This document shows positions 37,606-45,734 of a DNA stretch of 64,000 nucleotides, piece by piece. Below the pieces are notes generated by a model. That model saw only the letters and a program-made list of their open reading frames with translations. It was not told where the DNA came from and made no database searches. Origin of the DNA: a virus; the IMG/VR virus record IMGVR_UViG_3300025133_000022, positions 32,001 through 96,000 of that record; one strand, 5' to 3'. The translations under genes were made by a program, and so were the position numbers. How positions within the stretch are numbered: position 1 is the first letter of the stretch; each line of letters starts with the position of its first letter.

Positions 37606-37740
37606 GATCGAATGCCAGAGTAGATTACATCGCTTTTGGAGCCGGTGGTTCCCGGTTCGAATCCGGGTCTCCCTACTATAGAGAGGTAGCTTAATCAGGT
37701 AGAGCACCGTTAAAACTAATCTCTCACTTCTTTGTCGATC
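37606..37740 (+). ncRNA. Scaffold element 6: circularly permuted tRNA-Gln(TTG)
   Basis: 3' half 37632-37675, 5' half 37680-37709; joining gives CCGGC-ttTTGga-GCCGG; outer stem GATCGA/TCGATC. Confidence 0.85.
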
Positions 37741-37935
37741 ACCTTTTTCATACAAAAAACAACCATACAGATGAGAAAATATGAGAAGTAGACAATACGC
37801 CAAAATCAAAAGACGAGTACGCTTGCGTCTCATCGACGGCATGGATCCAGAACGTGTCGAAGAATTAAAAAACGAAGAACTAGCTCGCCTTGAAGCAGGC
37901 GAACGACCCTACCGAGCACCATCTCGATAGAGTAT

Positions 37936-38024
37936 GGTAGGTGTAGCTCATTTGGAGACGCAAGTCGTAGAGCGCCGGGTTGTGATTCCGGAGGTAACGG
38001 GTTCAATCCCCGTCATCTACCCCA
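37936..38024 (+). tRNA. tRNA-His(GTG) with a hairpin insertion in the D-loop
   Basis: G-1, loop ttGTGat, CCA; D-loop contains GAC-GCAA-GTC. Confidence 0.82.
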
Positions 38025-38182
38025 AGAACTAGCTAGCCTAGAGAGCACCACAGTTGAGACAACTGTGGGTCAATGTTCTCGCCACGAACAATTTGCTAAA
38101 TAGTGAAGACAGAGAGCCATGAAAAGCGACGACCTGTTGTTCAGAGCCCGTGCCTACCAGGCAGCACGACCGGGCTCACCAT

Positions 38183-38352
38183 GTTGGAATGCCATGTAGA
38201 ATACACCGAATCAACGTAAACCCGGCGCCTTTTGGCTTTGTAGGTTCGAATCCTACCTCACCGACCAAAGCTCTTGAAATAAGAGTTAGGTGAGTGGTGA
38301 AATGGTAAACACTCCGGATGATTTTATCTTCATCTACACTTCCTTGTCCAAC
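38183..38352 (+). ncRNA. Scaffold element 7: circularly permuted tRNA-Tyr-like (GTA, type II)
   Basis: 3' half about 38215-38266 (GTAAA-CCCGG, variable arm, T arm, ACCA); hairpin linker; 5' half 38288-38319; outer stem GTTGGA/TCCAAC. Confidence 0.8.
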
Positions 38353-38436
38353 ACCCCACGGGAAAGCAACTCTTCGCGTAGAGTTGAGAGGAGCAGGCTC
38401 ACTGCAGTCGCGCCCAGTCGCGACCTTTCCCACCAC

Positions 38437-38567
38437 GACCGAATGCCCTAGATAACTACATCGTAAAACTTGAAATTTTAAGGTCTGGGTTCGAGTCCCA
38501 GTGGGTCCACTTTGGGCCTGTGGTGTAACGGTAGCATCAAACATGTTATCTAACTCTTTTGTCGGTC
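38437..38567 (+). ncRNA. Scaffold element 8: tRNA permuted near 26/27 (TGA loop, short variable region)
   Basis: TAAAA-ctTGAaa-TTTTA, T arm, TGGGTCC-A, linker CTTT, GGGCCTG plus D arm; outer stem GACCGA/TCGGTC. Confidence 0.78.
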
Positions 38568-38573
38568 ACCTTT

Positions 38574-38650
38574 GCGGGCATAGCTCACGCTGGTAGAGCA
38601 CCTCGTTGCCAACGAGGAGGTAGTGGGATCATCGCCCACTGTCCGCTCCA
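38574..38650 (+). tRNA. tRNA-Gly(GCC), atypical T-loop
   Basis: Loop ttGCCaa; UCCA end; T-loop ATCATCG. Confidence 0.82.
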
Positions 38651-38745
38651 AGGGTCTTGAAAACATCCCTACTCGTTAGGTAGCATCTTCCTGCTACATT
38701 CTGTCGTCTGCCAAGAGTCAGCGGCAGTCTTATATTGACTCTTAT

Positions 38746-38833
38746 GCGGGGTTAGCTCAGTCTGGCCAGAGCGCCGGCCTTCCAAGCCGGAGGCGAATAG
38801 TTTACACGGGTTCGAATCCCGTACCCCGCTCCA
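38746..38833 (+). tRNA. tRNA-Gly(TCC) with an extended variable region
   Basis: Loop ctTCCaa; UCCA end; ~15-nt variable segment. Confidence 0.82.
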
Positions 38834-38838
38834 TGCAC

Positions 38839-38913
38839 AAGAACGAGGGTTCCATTGAGAGGAATCGTGGGCGAATAGCCCACTAGATGGTTCGAATCCA
38901 TCCGTTCTTACCA
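38839..38913 (+). ncRNA. D-armless tRNA-Ser(TGA)-like RNA
   Basis: Acceptor AAGAACG/CGTTCTT-ACCA, TTCC-atTGAga-GGAA, variable arm GTGGGC/GCCCAC, T arm; no D arm. Confidence 0.6.
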
Positions 38914-39468
38914 CGCCCGTGAATACAATTACCACCTACCTGGATGCATCTTGTGTAGGCTGGACTGGGTAACTTCTCAACAACATTCATCTGGACCCAG
39001 GTGACCCTGCGGTTGAAAACATGGTTCGATCCCATGCACAGGCTCTGAAAAAGGCAGGATAGATAGCTGTACAATCTGCTATAACAAAAATATATACACC
39101 AAGTGGGGCGAGAAACCCACACCCATGCACATCGCCAATGTAGGGTCCGAGATCTGTCGAACCACTGACCTGACGGGAGTTAACCCTAATCAGACATGTA
39201 ATAACAGCAATCACCCATGTGCGGGTCATGCTAATGACGTTGGTGCCATCTCTAGGTATGCAGTAGCCCGGCCACCATCCCGGAACTGCAATGAGAAAGA
39301 ACACATCCTGAGGTTTGTGTATAATTAACCTCAACTTTATATGGCTTGTACTGTGGATACACATTCAAGCCAGTTCTTAAGCAGTCAATTAGATGACGTG
39401 CAGTGCGAGTACTCTTGCTGTGGTGACGACGGTCACAAACAAAATCTAACAAAAAGCTAAGAACAAAT

Positions 39469-39542
39469 GCGGGGGTAGTTTTCAACCGATAAAACATCGG
39501 CCTTCCAAGCCGAAGTCCCGAGTTCAAACCTCGGTGCCCGCT
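39469..39542 (+). tRNA. tRNA-Gly(TCC)
   Basis: Cloverleaf; loop ctTCCaa; U73. Confidence 0.82.
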
Positions 39543-39907
39543 CTTGTGTGATTAACTCATAGCCTACCGGCAAAACAAGACCTCGATCTTGTTCCAATAG
39601 AGCACCTGCGCAAAGGCAGGAGGTAGAGAGTTTAGGCGACTCTCATTGCACACCACGGGGAATAGCGCATCTGTGATGATCTATGAAGTAGCCAACAGAT
39701 CATTGGCGAAAAGTTGCATGCGCGCACACTGTCATAAATACTTCGAAGTAATGCGTCGACGGACAAGTGAACCAAGTACGGAGATAGCAATGCGTCTTAG
39801 CGCGTTGGATGTGGATCCAGAGGTACCCCGTGTGGGGTTCCCCAACCATTAAAGAATAATCATGGGTACAAACGAAAGTACCAGTGGCTTGAAGTAACAA
39901 TTACCAC

Positions 39908-39978
39908 GGGACCTTAGCTCAACGGTAGAGCAGTGGGCTTTTAACCTTCTGATCAGGGTTCGATTCCCTGAGGTCCCA
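39908..39978 (+). tRNA. tRNA-Lys(TTT)
   Basis: Cloverleaf; loop ctTTTaa. Confidence 0.88.
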
Positions 39979-40146
39979 TCAAGTTCAGGATGTAAGCAGT
40001 AGCGCTACAATACTTACTAGCACGACCAAGCGGTCCCAGAGGATACTCTGATCTGCAGCCTCGTGTAAACAGGGAGACACAATCTCCCTGCCTGAACACT
40101 TAAACTGCAGCCAACTGGCTGCATTCTTTTTAAGAAAGGAGGAATA

Positions 40147-40725
40147 ATGGGTGCAGATGGAGGATACCAATGGTTAGAAGTCACCAATAAATCAGCTCTT
40201 AAAGAGCTGGTCTGGATGCTCTGGCGCTACCAAAACAATAACTGCTGGGCTATCAAACATGCTAAAGAGCCAGAAGGCCTGCAAAACCCTGGAGTCAATT
40301 GGCTAGAAGGTGGTTATGGAACTGATTGTGACTACGACTTTAGAAGTCTCCTGGACTTCATTGACTACTGTATAGTAGAAGATGATCCAGTCTACTGCGG
40401 TACAGATCCACGACACCTTACGTTCGCTGAGCTAGAAGAAGACCTGCTAACTGACCCAGAATTTAATCTTTGGGCCTGGAAAGACTACGGTCTAAGCTGG
40501 AACCACTGGGACACCTGGTGGAAACAAAAACACTGGGGTCCAATCATGTACGGTATCGCCACCAAGCTGCGCGTTGAAAATCCCAATCCAACTGAGTATG
40601 CTCCCAATCCGTGGCCTGAAATCTACGTACCCAAGAACCTACGTAACACCACTGTCCAAGAGTGGGCACAACAAGTCAAAGCCCTTCTCCCCGGCGGACA
40701 CATCTATCAAGAAACATGGACGTAA
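40147..40725 (+). CDS. Hypothetical protein
   Basis: ORF with GGAGG RBS. Confidence 0.65.
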   Translation: MGADGGYQWLEVTNKSALKELVWMLWRYQNNNCWAIKHAKEPEGLQNPGVNWLEGGYGTDCDYDFRSLLDFIDYCIVEDDPVYCGTDPRHLTFAELEEDLLTDPEFNLWAWKDYGLSWNHWDTWWKQKHWGPIMYGIATKLRVENPNPTEYAPNPWPEIYVPKNLRNTTVQEWAQQVKALLPGGHIYQETWT

Positions 40726-40994
40726 CATGGATTAGCTGCAGCGACCACATGCCACCTCCTGCAAAATGGGTGCTAGTTACTGTTGACATTCCGTACAACA
40801 ACCAACCACCCTCTGTTGAGTTGGCTCAGTGGAACAATCATCAACAATGGAGAACAGCCAGCAGTGCGCTTTCTTTAGAACAAGTATCTCACTGGACTGA
40901 AATTCCAAAGCCAGCTGAAGGCTGGCTAGGTAACATCCTGGCAGCCAAACAACATTTTGATAAATACTCCAAAAGGCAAATATGGAAACAGTAA
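40716..40994 (+). CDS. DUF551-like phage protein
   Basis: WISCSDHMP...VLV...VSHWTEIPKP. Confidence 0.7.
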   Translation: MDVTWISCSDHMPPPAKWVLVTVDIPYNNQPPSVELAQWNNHQQWRTASSALSLEQVSHWTEIPKPAEGWLGNILAAKQHFDKYSKRQIWKQ

Positions 40995-41323
40995 AACAAG
41001 CATATTACGATTCGGCTATTCAAATTGCTAAAGAAGCAGTTTCAAATGCAAAGCAACATTTAAAACACACTGAAAAATATCTTGAAAAAGCTATTCAGCA
41101 TAAAAAAGATGCATGCAGTCACGAAAATACTAGCACCTCAGAAGGTGCTCCAGGCGGAATGGGAATTTATTACCAACATAAATGGTGTACGGTCTGCAAC
41201 TACAGGTGGCCATCCTTCTCTGAATGGGTAAGCCGAGGCATAGGTTATGCTAACCGCGAAAGCAAAGGCACCATGCTGTTTAAACCCGGCACTGCAAATA
41301 CAAACATCAGTAGCGGGAACTAG
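40982..41323 (+). CDS. Hypothetical protein
   Basis: Coupled ORF. Confidence 0.55.
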   Translation: METVKQAYYDSAIQIAKEAVSNAKQHLKHTEKYLEKAIQHKKDACSHENTSTSEGAPGGMGIYYQHKWCTVCNYRWPSFSEWVSRGIGYANRESKGTMLFKPGTANTNISSGN

Positions 41324-41334
41324 CTGACACGAGT

Positions 41335-41568
41335 ATGCAAAAGAAGGCTCAAGTAAACACCCAAACACCAAGCTACTTCCAAAGTTGCCCTGATTGCAAC
41401 TTCGAAATAGTCTGGGGTAAATACCTCTACTATGTACGAACAGGCCAATGCCTCTGGGCTTTCAGTTCCAGTGGAGGGCCATTCAGGCTCCTTTGCATGA
41501 ACTGTGCTTGCATGTTACAGGTAAGCTTTAACGGACCGGTAGCTCAGCTTGGTAGAGTGCCACCCTGA
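41335..41568 (+). CDS. Hypothetical Cys-rich protein
   Basis: CPDC...CMNCAC; overlaps a tRNA. Confidence 0.4.
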   Translation: MQKKAQVNTQTPSYFQSCPDCNFEIVWGKYLYYVRTGQCLWAFSSSGGPFRLLCMNCACMLQVSFNGPVAQLGRVPP

Positions 41569-41609
41569 TAAGGTAGAGGTCGTTGGTTCAAATCCAACTC
41601 GGTTCACCA
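41533..41609 (+). tRNA. tRNA-Ile(GAT)
   Basis: Cloverleaf; loop ctGATaa; CCA encoded. Confidence 0.92.
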
Positions 41610-41619
41610 TAGGAACAAT

Positions 41620-41850
41620 ATGCTACGACACGTTCAAGAAAGTCATGATATCAGCCCCTGCCCATCTAAAGGATGTGCAATCGAATTAAACTACACACCC
41701 CCTGGCAATGAATACGAACCCAACGCTACCGCAGTTTTGAAATTTAGACCAAGCGGTCAGGGAAAAACCAAACAAGAAGCCTTTCGAGCTTTGGCAACAG
41801 AGCTTGAAGAAATCGCAGCAGCATGCAGGAAATATGCACTTGAACAATAA
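41620..41850 (+). CDS. Hypothetical protein
   Basis: ORF with RBS. Confidence 0.55.
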   Translation: MLRHVQESHDISPCPSKGCAIELNYTPPGNEYEPNATAVLKFRPSGQGKTKQEAFRALATELEEIAAACRKYALEQ

Positions 41851-41896
41851 CGCCTAATCAGCTACTGTCTACTAGTCCGCCAGGACAGGAGGCAAT

Positions 41897-42139
41897 ATGT
41901 TTAAATTAATTGACATTGACACCAGATGTGTCGTAGCTGAGACCAGTACAAGTGCAGAAGCAAGAGCAGAAGCCATTAGGCTCATCAACGAACCAGAAGA
42001 ATTAACTCCGTACCACACTGAAAGCGACATTCTGACAATTACTTTATCAGAATATGGCAATCGCATTGTAGGCAAATACGGAAGCGAACTGACAGCACGT
42101 CAATTTTTGATCGTTGCAGACATGACACCAGTTCTTTAA
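41897..42139 (+). CDS. Hypothetical protein
   Basis: AGGAGG RBS. Confidence 0.6.
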   Translation: MFKLIDIDTRCVVAETSTSAEARAEAIRLINEPEELTPYHTESDILTITLSEYGNRIVGKYGSELTARQFLIVADMTPVL

Positions 42140-42211
42140 GTTTCTTTTCAAAAACACAAGCTCCCGCCATAAGGCGGGAGCTTAATTTCCCTTAATAAGA
42201 GCTAAAATAGT

Positions 42212-42826
42212 ATGAAAATCGTATTTATAACAGGAGCTGGTATTAGCACAGCCTCTGGACTCCCCACATACAGGGGGGCCAATGGACTCTACGGCAATGA
42301 GCCAATAGAAGACGGTTACAGAATTGATGAAATCCTAAGTAGAAAAATTGCAAACATAAGACCAGATTTATTTAATAAATATCATGGTCAAATTGAAAAA
42401 GCTATTGCATTAGTTGAACCCAACACTATGCACTATGCTATCGCTGCTCTTCAAGAGCAGCACGATGTACGTATTTACACTCAAAACATCGATGACTTAC
42501 ATGAACGTGCGGGCAGCAAGCATGTTGTTCATCTGCACGGTGGAGGAGCTGAAAAAGAACCAGTCATTCTGTTCGGAGACTACTTGGATCCACAGAAGCT
42601 AAAGTGGATGAAGGCAGCCTGCAAGGCTGCTGATATACTGGTGCTTGTGGGCAGCTCTGCTGCCTTCCACTACATCCAAAGACCTTTCAAGAAAGCCAAG
42701 TATGACCACCCACAGGTCTTTATTCTAGACCCTGATCCACAACATCCACTGGCTGACACGGGTGTACACAAGAAGAATCCAAGCGAATACGCAGACATCA
42801 TCAAAATTATTCCAGAACTATTCTGA
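42212..42826 (+). CDS. Sir2/CobB-family NAD-dependent deacylase lacking the Zn-ribbon
   Basis: TGAGISTASGLPTYRG, TQNIDDLHERAG, HLHG, VGSS. Confidence 0.88.
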   Translation: MKIVFITGAGISTASGLPTYRGANGLYGNEPIEDGYRIDEILSRKIANIRPDLFNKYHGQIEKAIALVEPNTMHYAIAALQEQHDVRIYTQNIDDLHERAGSKHVVHLHGGGAEKEPVILFGDYLDPQKLKWMKAACKAADILVLVGSSAAFHYIQRPFKKAKYDHPQVFILDPDPQHPLADTGVHKKNPSEYADIIKIIPELF

Positions 42827-42842
42827 TAATAATTCAACTTAC

Positions 42843-42914
42843 GGACCTGTAGCTCAGCGGTAGAGCATTCGTCTTATATGCGATAGGTCGGAGGTTCAAA
42901 TCCTCTCAGGTCTA
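42843..42914 (+). tRNA. tRNA-Ile(TAT)
   Basis: Cloverleaf; loop ctTATat. Confidence 0.85.
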
Positions 42915-42937
42915 CTAAATTAACAAGAGAAATAAAA

Positions 42938-43303
42938 ATGATTAAATCACAAACAGTAAAAATGATTAGCTGCAATGACCTAGATTGCATGGTGCAAGAA
43001 GTCTACGAACGTCCCTATTGTTTCCAACAACAAAATGGATGCAAACCCAGGGGGATAGAAAGAGTAACCATCCCCACACTTGGTGAAGACTATGAAAACG
43101 ATACCATTTCTGAAGAAGCCAACAGTATGGGGGTTTCATTCAATGCCTGGCTTAAGCGAGACCCAGAAAAAACCACTGGTTATGGCTCAGTAGGACGATG
43201 CTGGGAAAGGAATTTCTACCCACACTTAGACATGGTTTTGAACGATCTGCATAAACGAGGTCTCGTTGCTGCAGGAGAATACATCATCAACATCGATTGG
43301 TAA
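42938..43303 (+). CDS. Hypothetical protein
   Basis: ORF track. Confidence 0.6.
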   Translation: MIKSQTVKMISCNDLDCMVQEVYERPYCFQQQNGCKPRGIERVTIPTLGEDYENDTISEEANSMGVSFNAWLKRDPEKTTGYGSVGRCWERNFYPHLDMVLNDLHKRGLVAAGEYIINIDW

Positions 43304-43315
43304 CCATCAGTACAT

Positions 43316-43387
43316 GCACCGTTAGTTCAATGGATAGAATGCTCGGCTACGAACCGAAGGATAGGGGTTCAAGTCCCTTGCGGTGTA
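43316..43387 (+). tRNA. tRNA-Arg(ACG)
   Basis: Cloverleaf; loop ctACGaa. Confidence 0.9.
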
Positions 43388-43404
43388 CTATACAAGGAAA
43401 CAAT

Positions 43405-43962
43405 ATGCAGCCAATAACTCTTATTGTAGAAAACGAAGCAGCGTACCTGCATCTCATCGCCGATTGCTTTGAGCACGGTGCACACGAACCCAACCCATTT
43501 GTTAAGTCTCGAATAGACGAACTAGCTCTCAGCGATGTATTTGTCCGTCTGTCTGAAGATGCTTTGTATAACTATCTCGGATGCTACACTACTGATGTTC
43601 CTCCTGGAACTCTTGTCTATGAAAAAAACAACTATGAATCCTATCAAGAAGCAAGCATCACAGCCAAAGAATACGAAGTAAGAAAGCTTGTTCGAAAAAA
43701 CATGAAGCTGCACTATGAATGCACTCAGGTCCTCGTACCTAAGGCCGAGGACTACCCAATAGTTATTCACTGGCACTGGCTAGATGGCTGGGATAGATCT
43801 GGAAAAATCAAAGAAAGACACTTTATGTGGCATTCGTTATCCAACATCACTCGTATTAACAACAAAGACAATCCAATAAAATCAAGACACATGCAATGGG
43901 AAAGCCAATTCGGCGCCCTGTATGACAAGCTATCCAATACCACTGCAACACAATCTACGTGA
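43405..43962 (+). CDS. Hypothetical protein
   Basis: ATG after AAGGA. Confidence 0.6.
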   Translation: MQPITLIVENEAAYLHLIADCFEHGAHEPNPFVKSRIDELALSDVFVRLSEDALYNYLGCYTTDVPPGTLVYEKNNYESYQEASITAKEYEVRKLVRKNMKLHYECTQVLVPKAEDYPIVIHWHWLDGWDRSGKIKERHFMWHSLSNITRINNKDNPIKSRHMQWESQFGALYDKLSNTTATQST

Positions 43963-44089
43963 AGCACCCGTCTCAGCATAAAAATTCAAACCACAACAAC
44001 TTCATACTAAAGCCCCGCGTAGCGGGGCTTCTTTTGTGAGAGCATTGACGCTCGAAGCAAACTGCATTAGCAGGAGAATCAAAGACATT

Positions 44090-44440
44090 ATGAATAGTGT
44101 AAATATTATCGGCAACCTTGGTCAAGATCCAATGCTGCGACACGTCGCCAGTGGCAAACCTGTTTTAAATTTTCGCATAGCTGTTGATAAATCACGCACC
44201 AGTAAGCACACTACAATGAGTGACACCAGCTGGTTTGATGTCACTGTCTGGGGAGCCGCAGCTGAATACCATGCCAAGTACCTGACCAAGGGCAGTCGTG
44301 TGGCCCTACAGGGCGAGCTGAACCAACGCTCCTGGCAAGACCGCGACGGCAACAAGCGTAGTGCAACAGAAATCATTGCTCATCGAATCGAATGGGTAAA
44401 ACTAAAACCAAACACCAGCAGCGTAGAACAAACTCTTTAA
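44090..44440 (+). CDS. ssb: Single-stranded DNA-binding protein (OB fold, no acidic tail)
   Basis: MNSVNIIGNLGQDP, WFDVTVWG, YLTKGSRVALQGEL...WQDRDG. Confidence 0.9.
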   Translation: MNSVNIIGNLGQDPMLRHVASGKPVLNFRIAVDKSRTSKHTTMSDTSWFDVTVWGAAAEYHAKYLTKGSRVALQGELNQRSWQDRDGNKRSATEIIAHRIEWVKLKPNTSSVEQTL

Positions 44441-44476
44441 AAATCTGATATACTTACCTCTTGCTTGAGGTGAGAT

Positions 44477-44746
44477 ATGAAACCACTACAAAGAATGAGT
44501 CACGTTCTTCAAAACGCAACTATAAAATTTCTAGAAAATATTTTAAGTAAGAAGTTTTTAGTATTTATAACGGCGACAATACTAATGTCGCTTGGTTTGC
44601 TACCACCTGATCTCTGGGTGGCTGTAGCCTTGGCAGTGCTAGGCGTAGTGAGTGCAATTGATTACAAGCATGGAAGTAGATCTTTTGAGTCAACTTCAAC
44701 AGAAACTAACGACTCAACAGAAACCGAACCTACGCAAATCTTATAG
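44477..44746 (+). CDS. Small two-TM membrane protein (holin-like)
   Basis: SKKFLVF followed by two TM helices. Confidence 0.5.
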   Translation: MKPLQRMSHVLQNATIKFLENILSKKFLVFITATILMSLGLLPPDLWVAVALAVLGVVSAIDYKHGSRSFESTSTETNDSTETEPTQIL

Positions 44747-44797
44747 TCAAATAACCCTATTTGAAATGCCTAGATAATTATCTAAAGGTAAAAACCA

Positions 44798-45040
44798 ATG
44801 ACTCCTAAAGAAAGACAACAACTGCAAAACGCAAACCTACGTGAAAGAACAGCTACGGCAACAGCAAAAAGAGCAGGAAGAAAGAATCTAATTTTAAAAA
44901 CAAAGATTCAAAAGCTCGAAGAACAAATAGAACAACTACAGCAACAGTTAGAAGAAGCAAAGAAACCCAAACCAAAAAGCAGAACCAGAAGAAGCAAAAC
45001 CAAAACGATACCCGAGCTGACTAGTGCTGATTCCAAATAG
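44798..45040 (+). CDS. Hypothetical coiled-coil protein
   Basis: ORF track. Confidence 0.55.
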   Translation: MTPKERQQLQNANLRERTATATAKRAGRKNLILKTKIQKLEEQIEQLQQQLEEAKKPKPKSRTRRSKTKTIPELTSADSK

Positions 45041-45299
45041 TCTTCTAATCGTTCTGTCGATGCTAGGCACTATTGCCTTCTGCTGTGCAATCCTTTGGTC
45101 ACTGCCACAATTGTGGTACAGAATCAAATATGGGAAATTCAAACCTTCTTATGAAGAGCTTGAGCTACAGCACACAAAAGAAATACAAGAACTACACAAC
45201 GCGCACGTTGCGAAAGACCTCAAATTCGAAAGAGAAAGAAACGAAAGCCTCTCAACCGAACTGAAAAACACAATCAAAAAACTGGTCGATAAAATTTGA
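45024..45299 (+). CDS. Membrane-anchored coiled-coil protein
   Basis: N-terminal TM helix. Confidence 0.55.
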   Translation: MLIPNSLLIVLSMLGTIAFCCAILWSLPQLWYRIKYGKFKPSYEELELQHTKEIQELHNAHVAKDLKFERERNESLSTELKNTIKKLVDKI

Positions 45300-45313
45300 C
45301 CTAAGGAAAAACT

Positions 45314-45667
45314 ATGAATACCTACGAAATTCAACGTACCGTAACCACCACAAGAACCATCATCTCGCGCAAAACTTTCACTGAGACAGTTGAAAGCGAC
45401 AGCTTCTCTTCCGCAGCACTGGGAGCAGAAAGCGCTGCCATCTTTAGTAGTGATAGCCTCAGCGTCAAGACAGTCTCTGACTCCACGGAAGAGACCGAAG
45501 CAGTCATGGAAAGCATCAAGTTCGTTGGTGTGGCGAAAGCACCTGAAGTCGCGTCGGCTCCAGTTGATGATGGCAGCGGCCTGACCCCCGCACGCTATGA
45601 TTCTAGCCTCGCGCCAAGTGGAAAGGCATACTTCCCGATGCAGGTTGAACCAACTCCCAACACCTGA
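45314..45667 (+). CDS. Hypothetical protein
   Basis: ORF with RBS. Confidence 0.6.
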   Translation: MNTYEIQRTVTTTRTIISRKTFTETVESDSFSSAALGAESAAIFSSDSLSVKTVSDSTEETEAVMESIKFVGVAKAPEVASAPVDDGSGLTPARYDSSLAPSGKAYFPMQVEPTPNT

Positions 45668-45734
45668 TTTTTACAAAACCAACACCAAGAGCGCCCATTA
45701 GTGGGCGCTCTTCTATTTTTACACAGGAAAGTTA

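Noticed and set aside
35793-38567. CRISPR array (repeated GATTACATCG/GAATGCC motifs with variable inserts)
   Set aside because: Repeats are bipartite and covary as RNA stems, spacing is irregular, inserts are tRNA-derived, and no cas genes are present
39560-39650. Additional tRNA gene (GAGCACCTGC...GCAGGAGGTAGAGAG)
   Set aside because: Only an anticodon-arm-like hairpin is recognisable; acceptor and T arms are too degenerate to call
7597-43404. Long N-terminal extensions of ORFs starting inside tRNAs (7597, 14395, 16795, 30831, 33458, 36075, 43297)
   Set aside because: These starts fall within tRNA genes; downstream ATGs with RBS are more plausible
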